A DNA stretch of 63,116 bases, filler included, from Choristocarpus tenellus KU-1152 (Eukaryota; Protista; Phaeophyceae), in assembly GCA_964200185.2 (NCBI GenBank). It is 7 parts of 7 records of this genome, joined end to end, with 100 filler letters (N's around TTAATTAATTAA, not from the genome) between each part and the next. Parts side by side here need not be neighbours in the genome. Positions count along the whole stretch, not along the records: positions 1 to 28,145 come from CAXNAD020000132.1; 6 more parts are not named here. One strand, 5' to 3'. How positions within the stretch are numbered: the first letter of the stretch is position 1; the number at the start of each line of letters is the position of its first letter. The notes under the pieces were generated by a model, which saw nothing but the letters and a program-made list of their open reading frames with translations, ran no database searches and had not been told where the DNA came from. Made by a program: the position numbers and the translations under genes. Of this stretch, positions 1-11,272 are shown piece by piece.

Positions 1-287
1 TGGGGTATTTGTTGGGGAGGGGCGGAAGAGATATGCGGCGTGTTCCCCCCCCCCCCCCCCCCCAGATACTCTGAGCCACTGTCCATCCCAAATCTTTGAC
101 AGTGATTTCTCCTCTGCCCTATTGTGCATACAATTTTGTTTATGCCAACGGTAGTTTCTACACTGGTGCTTGAGGGTGGCTCATCTGGGCCAAATTACAC
201 TGACTCTGATGTTTTGTTTATCCACACTTTCTGGCTTTCCATCTGAGTGCACTGGATATATTCCCCAATTTTGTTTACCATGTACAG

Positions 288-3200
288 ATGAGCCTATTAA
301 GGCATATGAGAAGTTCAAGATCGACATTCGTATGATTCGAATGGTTGCTGTTGACAGTGGGTCAGCCTCCAAAGCTGTACCTGACCTTGCAAAAACCTTC
401 AGCTTCATTGGCGATGGGACAGCCACCCAGGCAAGTTTGGACAACAGTCACTGTAGAGGTATGCTTTCTTGGAGAATATGAGATAGAATTACGCCACATA
501 AGAGGAGGGTAGGGAGTTACAGTAAAGGACAAGTGTGCAAACAGGTTCTGAACGTCAAGATTTATTTTTAATGTGATCTCTTGCCTCTTTGTTGGAAAAA
601 GGGGTTACAGATGACTTACTCTGAAGCACTATCTGTGACAAACTCGCTTAGGCTGGGATTGACACAGTGAAGTGGATCAATGGTATGGATTGCTCTGCAG
701 AGGGCATAGCAGGCGAAACAGATGGAGGAGAGCAAGAAGACAACTTTGATCTGTTCTATTTTTCCTCTACAGGATTCACAGCACGAACTATCACCTTTCC
801 AGTCACCGAGATTGGGGGACCCTATGCCATGTGCTGTGAGTCAAGGGTCTGGTGGGTAGGTGTGTACTGTAACCGTTAGAAAGTACTACTATCTAATTGT
901 GGGTGAAACCAAGTGTCAGTCTACTCCAAATTAGGAGAGATTCTTACTCACCTCTGCTATTGAGTATAACCAGCAAGGCATACCGTACCTTATAGCTACC
1001 CACCCTGGCTAAAAATTGCATCATAGGTTCTGATGTCCAACCTTCCCCTCTTCATCCCTGAAAACAGATTCTTTTGACCAAGAGCCATACAAATTGTACA
1101 AAGGTATATTATTATCTGTGGTTGGCATTACTGAGGTAGATGCTGTTCAAGGAAACGCTTATATACTTGTGATTGGGGCGCCCAAGGTGTTGACCTTTGC
1201 TGGTGGTGATGCAGTTGAGGCAGGGGACGAGGTGATGTGGGCGTCTGGTGCAAAGGTGGACGCTGACTGTACAGTGGATGTGTTTCGAGATGGACCCACT
1301 GCTGTTGTGAGCAACGGTGGTGTGGCGGAGTTTTTCATATCTAATGACACGGAGGGCTTGGCAAACTCTGGAAAGACCTGGACTCTCTGCTACCAGTTTG
1401 GGTAAGATGACTTACAAGGAAGTGTGTGATAACTGTTGAAGAATATGTAGAATCCCAAGCCTTTATATAGAAATATGTTGATTAATTCTTTCTCAATTAT
1501 ATTGTAGTAGGTAGAAAGTTGGAGTGAGAAACACCATTCAAGCGGGGGGGGTTGTCCTTGCCACCAAATCATTCATTATATATGGATCAGTAATCAGTAA
1601 TCACAGATTCCTGTCAACAATGCTTCCTATTCCTGAACTCTTCCATATTCTAGTTCTTAAACCCAAACACATCTCCTATTCTTCTGAACACAAACGTTGC
1701 CTCGTCATCCTTAGTTTGTTTCTTCTGCATAATCTTTTACACATGAATAAAAAGCATATTCTCGACAATAACAATTTCCAGAGGATTGCTGCTTTGAACT
1801 ACACTCCAAGATTGAGCTCCTTCCTGAATGTGCCATAAAGAGCAATCCCTTCTTGCTGCAGTGCCTTTATTAGCACATATCAATGTTCAATTGTTTTGAA
1901 GCCATTCATAAGCAGTGCTCAAGAGTAATACTATGATTAGTAGAACTGTGCTTTAATATCTATCAACATCCCCAGCATGTTATAAGAACAAGATAAGGAG
2001 GTGAACAACCACTGTTTCATTCTGTGCAATCCCCTTGTATACCAAAAATGCACTGTCCTACTAATAGTTCCGTAGTGCTTCTCTGTACAATATGTAAAAG
2101 TGTAATTATGTTTAGTTGTGACAACTTGAGCTGAAACGCCAATGCTGCTATTACACCTAAATATTGAATATTTTGCTGTGTTTGCCGCAAATGCTCTAGG
2201 CAATCCCAAAATACCTCAGATGGAACCACCCAATACACTATTCCTGAAAATCACCGACAGGACTGTAACAGCAGGTGTACCACTTTCCCCTGCCCTCCAT
2301 CCATTCTCAATCTATGCTGCAGTATAGAGTCCCTGAAGGTTTACCCTTCCTTCACTCTCACGGCAATCATGATGGAATCCTTCAGGGCTGAGGAGGGCGC
2401 GAATGACAACAGTGTAGTGGGCTATCCCAAAGTTTTCTGGGTGGATGGGCCAGGAATTCAAGCAGGCGACAGAGCAAAGTGGATACCTGACACTTATACC
2501 ACCAATGCAGGCTGTGGTGAGGGGGACTCTGATAATCTTGGAGGTGGTCTCGTAAATGCCAGTTATGTTGTTTCCAGTGCTAGTGGAAGGATTATGGAGG
2601 ACGGCTCTAAGCAAGACCTCTATGTATCATTCACATTCGCAAAGCCAACAATTGGGAATGCAGGGCTGAAGCTTTGCTATAAGCATGGTGATGAGCCATA
2701 CCGCCTATATGAAGGGCAGACAATGCAGGTCCGCCAGCTCCTCAAGGCAAGTGTCCGCACCATTGGGATGGAGCAAGTTCTACATGCTGTGGTTGACTCT
2801 CCACAATATGTTTCCTTCACTGCTCATGGTGGGATGGAAGGAGACAGGTACAAGTGGGTCACACCATCTGGTGGTATGGGCACAGGAACCTTTGCTGACT
2901 GTGCTAATGGGATTGCCCCTGGGGCAGGATCTTCAGTTGGTGTTGCAGAGGGATTCTATCATGAGGCTTCCTTCCTCTTCAAAGAGGTCACCTCAGATTT
3001 GATGCTCTGTTTCGGCCCTGGGGCTGAACCATTCATGGCATACCCAGGTATCAGCATGAACGTGGTGGCACCATCCATCACAACAGCAAACAGAACAAGC
3101 ATTGTTACAGGGAAAGCAGCTGCCGTGCGACTGGTTGGGACTTTTGGAATGACATCAAGCGATGCACTCAAGTTTGCAGAGAATGATGCAGGAGACTGTG

Positions 3201-6200
3201 CCGGAAGCCCGGCAGGTGGAGATGGTGCAGTTTTTTCCCCCTCAATAACTACCCAAGGTCTATCGACAGCAACAGGTACAAGTGAGGTGATGTTGGTAGT
3301 GAGTGAACGATCTGAAAAAGATCAACCATACAAGCTTTGCTACCGCTTTGGCAAAGAGGGGGCATGGAAGATGTTTGATGCTCTGTTCTGGGACGCATAT
3401 GAAGTTACAGGAGTGAAGGTTGATATTAGCAGTGGTGTACCGTCTGTCAGGGACTCGATGGAATTCACATTTGATGGGACCGGCATTGAAAATGGAGGTG
3501 AGGATCAGTTATTGATCATTAGAGTTAGAAGACTAGTCTACCGTACAAGAGGCAATTGAGCCAGAGTAGACAATACTTTGTCCACAATTTGTCTCAGCAA
3601 GTTGTCTAAGATTCTGCATGAGAGAAATGCTGGGCCATGTTGGTCAACCCGAGTACAGGCAGCATGGAATAACCAAGCGTATATATGAGGAGGGTCATTT
3701 CAAAATCCCTCAGTGTGTTATCACCAATGGGTGGATATTTCCTTACGAGATACCTCAGAAAGAAACTTGTTCATTGGCCGCATTCACCTGCTGCGTAATT
3801 GGTATTTCAAAGTACAATGAAAGGCTTTTTGTCATATTAACCTTCTTCAGATCAACGACCTGATTCCTCATGAGTCACATCATGGGCGCAATATCCATCC
3901 CGTGAGAGGTATTATATAAAAGGGGTTTTTAGGCAGGGTCCAACTTCACTATCCTGTCCCTAGTTTCATAGAGCAGATTGGCTAAATATGCAAGAGATTG
4001 ATGGAACGACTCTCAATATGCTTTTTGATGGGTCAAAGTATCTGGAGGGGGGGTGCCGGCGTCCATTTTTGATCCTAATGCGGGAAAAACATACCAATCA
4101 TGGGACATAGGCTGCACCATAGAATAGATAATCCCTTCGCTTGTTTCCATGCATGTCTTCCCTAACTCTGCATACTCTGTCACAAAACCGTTTATAATGA
4201 CCAGATACAGCTAAATGGGTCACATCTGATGTCACGCAAGACTCTGACTGTACCATATCTGAAGGTATTGCTGGATCCTCAGCAGCAGTTGTCACAGGGG
4301 GGATTGCTACTTTTTCATTCAACAGTGACATCGAGTACTGGTTTCTGTGCTATAAGCATGGATCAAATGACTGGCGTTTGTACTCTTCAATCATGCCAAG
4401 TACAACGGGTGCATCCTCATCCTCAGAGGAAGCAAGTGAGACACAGCTCACCCAGGCAGCAGTCTCCATGACCCTTGATGGAGATGCTGCATCATATCCT
4501 AAAGGATCTGTTGCCAGAGCAGCTTTTGAGTCCAGCTTTATCTCAGATTTGTCACTTGCTCTTGGTGAAGATGAATCCAGGTTTGAAGTAACAGATCTGG
4601 AGGCCGGGTCAATTGTGATCAAATTCACAATTAGTCCAAGTGGGTAAGTATGAATTGTTTTGTTGTCCGTATTTGGTGAAGTCCTGTACATGTTTAATTT
4701 TTACTCTTGAATAGCCTCTTGTGCTTCCCTCCATCTCTTCCAGTACATATTTTGAGCCTGGAAAGGTATTTTGTGGTTAAGGAGTCAAGCGTCAGAAGTG
4801 GAGTCAAAAGGATATGATGAATACTGTGGCTTGGGGTGAGCTTATGGTAGTTGCGGCAGTCTGAGGTGGAAGGATCCGGCCCTGGCAGGTCGGGGTTCTC
4901 TTTCTTGGTAGCTTGAAATGTGTTGTCGATTGTTTCACAATGCACATCACACCCCCTTGTGTGTAGAATCTCTACTGCATGTAAACAAATATACACTTTG
5001 TTTTGGAACAAGGGTAAGGACCGGTAGGTCAACATGCAAGGAATGGATCACAGGAAGGTAGGATTAAAATACAACAAACTAATCGCTTGCCAAGGTCCTT
5101 ACTGAAATACAATATCATATATCATGCTCCTATTCAAGAATGGTATAGAACAACACAGGTTTGTTGCTGTGACATCTCTCCAGGAAAACGGATATCTTAA
5201 AGCCGTACTTGCTTCAGCACACTGCTGCCCTCTACTTATTTGTTATGCGCTTGATTTTGATGATAGGTCCCTTGCAGATGCTTCCGTGGATCAGCTTCTG
5301 ACAACCTTGGAAAATCAGGTGGCAAACCCTTATAGCGCACTGAGGAATGGAACAGTTACACAGGCAGCAAAGAGTATGACCTACTCAACGTCACTCCTCA
5401 CCACAGAAGACACAAGTCCTACCATAGGTTTGTCAGTGACTGAGTACCAACCTAAGGGTCTATTCGGCTTTGTCTCATTGGGCTGGTATGTGACAGAGGC
5501 TAGCCAAGTTGCTAAGCTATCAGTGCAGAGAGATCATGGGTCAAAGGGTATCATGGACATTGGCTTCACTACAACAGATGTGACAGCCCATAGTGGTACA
5601 GATTTCGTTGGTGGGAAAAACATTTTGAGGTTCTATGATGGTGACACCAATAAAGACATCGAAATCACATTGCTTGATGACAATGAAGTAGAGCGCCACT
5701 TCAAAACTTTAACGGTAACACTGAGCTTGGAGGGACCAATAAATGATGGTGCTTCGTTAAAGGCAACAGCAACATCATCTACAATATACATATATGACTA
5801 TGGGGATGGAGAGGTCTTACAGGAAACAATTTTCAATGTGACATCAACAGGAATGATTGCATTGTGTGAACATGGGGATAGTGCTCAATGCAGCGGTTTG
5901 TTCACAGACAGGTATAGCACTGAAAGCTTGGCGAATGTCAACACTGCACAAAATGAGATGGAAGGAATGATCACTGTTACTAAAGGGTGGACCGTGGTAG
6001 GCAATGGTGGTCGTCAAGGTTGGGTTGACCTCAATGGGTATGGGACTTCCGATGCTCTGGTTGGTGCTGAAGAATATGGTGAGTGTTTCAGATGTGGATT
6101 GATGTTTGTATCTATGTATTTAAATTGATTACTTGCAGTCTACGAAATATATTTTTGGAGGGACAGCAGTACATGTTTGCAATACTCTACGTGTTTTTAA

Positions 6201-8747
6201 AATGTGATCATCTATAGCGTTTGTGTATATTGAGAACCACTCTTGGCCTCAAAAGTCAAAACTCAATTCTGGCTAAACTGAACTCGACCTTATTTTCCTA
6301 ACGTAGACAAGCAATATTTGCTAATCCACCAATTGGAATGCTGATTTATTGGTTGATATTGCAAAGAGAAGAACTATTACCATTTGAGCCTTTTCACATC
6401 AATTTTTAGCAGCTTGATGTCGAAATGGAAAATCAATATCAAAATTGAGAAAATTGGAGATTGGGGTAATTTTCTTCACCTTCACTTTTGTGTAAGTAAA
6501 CAACGCACCGCCCTCAATCATTTGAAACTGTTCCCTCTCTCCTTCCATGACAAAACAAACAAACGATTGTCAGATGACCGCTGTGACTATGCTTCTACAA
6601 CTCCATGCGACTATGATTGCACATTTGGGGAAGGACTGGCCGAGCTCTTTACCTCAACAGGCCACAGTCCCTCAGTCCTGCAACTCAATGGGTCAGGTTA
6701 TGTTGCTACCAAGTCTTCGGTTACAGACTTTCCTTCAACAGCACTCTCAATATCCTTCTGGTTGCGCACAGTCAGTAATTCAAGTTTGTCAAGGTCAAAC
6801 ATCTCTGCTAGCACCATCCTGTCATACAAGTTTCAGCGTGGTAGCCCCCATAGTTATGAGATCCTTATCCACAGTCCTGAAGCACTCAGTCTTCTTGTAC
6901 ATAGTGACTATGTGACAGCAGAAGACCGATACGATGGACCAGGTGGTGGGGATCTCCAAGGTATATTTACTGGTATCAGTGTTGCAGACGGCACGTGGCA
7001 TCATGTTGCAGTTGCCTGGCGCTCTGCTGATGGTCGAGTTGCTGCATATCTTGATGGCGCCAGGGTGTTCAGTGGTGGTCCATACAAAGCCGGGGTTAAG
7101 CTGATGGCTGGAGGGCAGTTGATACTGGGTCAGGCTCAAGACGACAATGTATGTCAAATTGTAGAAGAAGATAGCACGGATGAGAGTAATGGATCTACAA
7201 TATCTTGTGATCTTGACACAACCGCAAGAAACCCAAGGGGTGGTCCAAAGGGGCTTGTGGCAGACCTGCAACACCTGAGAGTGTGGTCAAAGTTTCTGAC
7301 CGCAGACGAAGTATCTCAGCAAATGCATGTACCCTTTAAAGGGAATTCCATTGGCCTGGTAAGTACCAGATATTTCCAAAATATTCTAGACCTACAGAAT
7401 AAAAATTCCTCTGAAGTCACTGGGGTTTCACCTCAACATATGAAACGATTATATCTCTCTGATGAAATCGTGAGTTGGAGTCTGTCATCATACTAACTTC
7501 CTCTACACAAATCGCAGATCCTTCATTGGGACTTTACACCACAACTGATCAGTGGACATACGGTGAAGGATGGGTCAGGGATAGGAAGCAGTGCCACAGG
7601 GGTCGGCAACGAAGGGATGATGTCTGTCTCAGGAACATCCTTGTTGGAAGCAACCCCGCACATTAACCCCAATTATCCCTGTGGGGAGGTGTACTCTGGA
7701 ATCTGGAGGTACTCTGCGCCCACGGAATTTGTGGATGCCCTGAGGGACAAGAAGTCCTATGGTGGGCGACTTCAGTTCAGGTGCGTATCTACAGAAAAAC
7801 AATTGAGATCAAGTTCCACATTGTCAATTGCTTAATAATACCAATGATAGATGCAAGTGCAAAACCCTAAGTTTGTAGTGTATGTACTACAAAACTTTGG
7901 TTGTATTGTGAGCGCGAAACTTAATTGGCATTTGGTGAATTGCAGAAAATTGCATCTGTATCCTCATAATATCCAAGTCATCCAGCCTTTTGGATGGTTG
8001 GATGTCTCAAGTACCAAATATATGCCCCCTACTCCTCATGGACTAGTGACATGTGAGTAGTGATAGTCTGCTCGTTTGCTATAGGTTAGTGACACCCAAC
8101 ATGCAATACTAATTGATTACTCATCTTGGTCCCATGACACACCCATGAAGAGTCCCAACATACAGATATAACTTATTTTTCAAATATACAGTGATGTATA
8201 GCTCTTGTTTTCAAGGTCATCAGCTGAAGATTAAAACTTCAATTCAATCATTTGCTTCATCATAAATTCGATATTCTTCAGCTAGAGCTGGTACCACGTG
8301 CAAACTTATATCTGTGGAGAGATAGCTACTGTTGATCAACACTTTCCCCCACCATCTCACTTTGGGATGAGCTCAACATGTGCCACTCTTCGAACGGCTG
8401 CTTATTGCAGACTCTCATACTCGAGTGCAGAGGGTAATGTCCGTGCAGCAAGGGGGGCAGTCTCCCTGAGGTCACAAGCAGGAGTAGAGCTTTCATGGAC
8501 ATCTGTTTTTGAGGCAGAAGATGGTACTCCCGGGGATTGGGTGTATCTCAGTGTGGTGTTGCGTGAAGACCATGGCTGGGTGCAGGAGCCTTTGGGAGAA
8601 GCTGTTACTTCAACCACAATGAGGGAGGTGCTTGCAAACTCAAGTGAAATTCTCATACGGGGGGATATACGAGTATTTGGAAAGAGAGGTACAGGCCAGG
8701 AGGTGGTGTACCTGCAGGATGTGCGTCTATTTGCTTCAACACAGTGA
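288..8747 (+). CDS. Large extracellular multidomain protein, 5'-truncated by window edge: >=6 Cys-containing ~110-aa repeats, SEA-like, Calx-beta, LamG/pentraxin-like and C-terminal laminin IV (laminin B)-like domains
   Basis: Phase-consistent exons 288-430, 652-835, 1068-1401, 2323-3497, 4205-4643, 5267-6078, 6574-7358, 7518-7780, 8411-8747 (~1490 codons). Motifs: GDxxKW...LCYxxGxEPxxxY repeats; RFEVTDLEAGSIVIKFTI (SEA-like); TTTDVTAHSGTDF..LRFYDGDTNKDIEITLLDDNEVE (Calx-beta); DGTWHHVAVAW..YLDG..GGQLILGQAQD (LamG/pentraxin); YSAP..SYGGRLQFRL..MREVLANSSEILIRG..YLQDVRL (laminin IV). Confidence 0.88.
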
Positions 8748-10196
8748 GGATCTCTAAACTGGAGAAGGGCAGAGACTAGAACACAAAAAAATCACCACCA
8801 ATGGTACAACAGTGGCCGTTTGTACACATAAATTAGGGAAGGTACTCCCTAGCATTATCTAAGGAGCACGTGGTACAATGGTTCAATTTACACTACACCA
8901 TGCAGTGATATGGCCCATGTGTTGCTGTCGGTGTTAGTGGCATTAGAATATATTCAATTCTTGATTTTCCTGTGTGAGTGTCAGGTGGGTTTGTTTACAT
9001 TCCACAAGGAAAATTGTTGGACGTGAAGAGTTGTTGTCTCTGTGGGGTCAGAGCATGCCTGCAAAACAAGGAAAGCTGATTGGTGGAGGTACCTCTTCCC
9101 TTTTGAATCTCTTTGTATACATGGTCTGCTTGAGGAAGGTAGATTTGATGTTCGGGGACCACTTTACTGATAGTAGCAGTAGCACTGAATTTCATTCCAC
9201 TGGAAGCAGAAATCCCTTGCATTACATGGACAGCACCGTGGAGAAAGATCTGGTCACTGTAGATATTCTGTTACACAGAATGAGTTCATAGCATACTATA
9301 TTACATTGGGTGAGATATCTTCCTTTTTTTTACAGAGTCTTGAATTGTTCTTATAGCTACTACAAGCAGTCCTTTAGTACAGAAAATCCCATGTTCACAA
9401 CCAGATTTTGTCCAACAGGCGGCTTTATATGCACCCTCCACTTATAATAATGTGTGCTACCTGCAGTCACAGAAAGAATATCAATGTCTCGGCAACATAG
9501 TTCACCTCACTTCACTGACTCATATGTGGATGCAATTCTCATATTCTGAGTTTCCTCTTGTTCGTACTACCTTGTATACCCAGTATATAATTTTTTATCA
9601 AGCTCATTCCCCTGGAACCTTTCCCCCTCTTCTCTCTGGGCTTCGTTTGTGGCTTCTGGGCATAAGAGAAATTATTGTAATATATTGCTCCAGAATATAT
9701 AGATACTTTTTGAACCGAGAAGGGAAAGTTTATGACGTAATCTGAGTTTTGTGGGCGGGAGAATTCTGGCAGTAATGTGGTACAAGGGAGGGAGAGGTGA
9801 GGAAGGAAAAAGAAAAAGTAGTCAAGGGTTGAACGAAGAGTTGAGTACTGAGTGACTAGGAGGTACAAGGAGCAGGAGAGAAGTTAAAGAAGTGGTTGGT
9901 AGGTGGAGGCACAAGGTAAGAAGGGATGGTCAGTTTGCAAAGTAAACCGAGGACTGCTGGTACAAGAGGAGGACGGCTAGAACAAGACAACCTCCAAGCA
10001 AGCTCCCCCGCCCACCCGCCCTTTCGCTTGCTCACGATCGATTGGGATGCTGGGTAAAGGGAGGGGACGTCAAGTTTGGGCGAGGTAGATATTTTCTAGT
10101 TCAAAGGTACGGTGTGAAGTGGATGATGAAGGGGTGTTCATGGATGATTGTGGAGTGGTGTTGAGTGGTGTGGGGTTGAGTGGGGTTGAAGGGTGG

Positions 10197-10580
10197 GGTG
10201 GTGACTGGAAATCAGTGGCGAAGGGGTCACACTGGTTGGTCATTGGATGTGAGGGATCACTGAAAATCAGTGGTGAAGGGGGTTCACACTGGTTGGTCAC
10301 CGGAGGTGGGCGGTGGCTGGAAATCATTAGCGAAAGGAGTTCGCACTGGTTAGTCATTGCATGGGGGGGGGTGACTGGAAATCAGTGGCGAAGAGGTCGC
10401 ACATGTTGGTCATCAAATGTTTGTGGTTACTGGAAATCAATGGCGAAGGAGTTTGCACTGGTTGGTCATTGCAAGGGGGGAGTGACTGGAAATCAGAGGC
10501 AAAGCGGGTTTGCACTGGTTGGTCATCGCAAGGAGGGAGTGGCTGAAAATCAGTGGCAAAGGGGTCGCACTGGTTGGTCA
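10197..10580. repeat. ~43-44 bp minisatellite, about 9 diverged copies
   Basis: The unit gtgactggaaatcagtggcgaaggggtcrcactggttggtcat... recurs in tandem; the ORFs here are repeat by-products. Confidence 0.9.
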
Positions 10581-11029
10581 CAAGTGGTGGTACAATGGGG
10601 AGGAGGGGAATGGATGGAATGCAAACATAGAATAAAAATAATAATAATCCAGAATTCGTGAGCTAAACAAATCAGTAAAATATGTCCACTTCCTCAGTTA
10701 CTTGTCATATTAAAACCTTACACTCAGTACCTACGTGTTGGTACAAACTATTACGTGGTACTTTGGATCATACTACTATATAATGTGTGAACCATTCTAT
10801 ATTTCGTAAGTCAATTCTCAGCTTTTGCTTGTATCTTATTTAAGAAAACTGTTCGCCTAAAGGGAAGGATGTTATCTTTATCCTTTTTACCACATATCTG
10901 CCAAGGATTATGGTTTTTCCTATAAGTCAAAATTGATTATAAATGGTATAATTGTTGCAACTGTAACTCGGTCTATTGCTATATGATGGCATCATCTTAG
11001 TTTTTGATCCAAGAAATAATGCGACTTTT

Positions 11030-11272
11030 GAGTCAAAGTATCTGAGAGGGTAGAATTGCGTCTGTTCGACGTTGCGAGTATGATGCAATTTCGGCTACGT
11101 GTTTGTTAGGAAGTGTCAATATCCTTGTTCCGGACACACCTTTTCATAACACATACATCTTACCTACTCCGAAACATTTCGGAGTAGGTAAAATATCATT
11201 AAAAACCCGTGGGAACCCAAGCCCAAACGGACAAACAGGGCAAAACTCGTACCCTCTAAGATACTTTCACTG
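11030..11272. mobile_element. Non-autonomous TIR element (MITE), family A, copy 1
   Basis: TIR gagtcaaagtatctgagagggta / taccctctaagatactttcactg; flanked by a TTTT 4-bp duplication; internal sequence shared with the copies at 37350 and 47186. Confidence 0.88.

Noticed and set aside
2200-2274. Possible extra phase-2 exon in the large gene
   Set aside because: The exon starting at 2323 already completes the repeat motif; the extra segment would interrupt it and has a weak donor.
10197-10580. CRISPR-like array or repeat protein ORFs
   Set aside because: No unique spacers, degenerate units, no cas genes and a eukaryotic context; the ORFs are repeat by-products.
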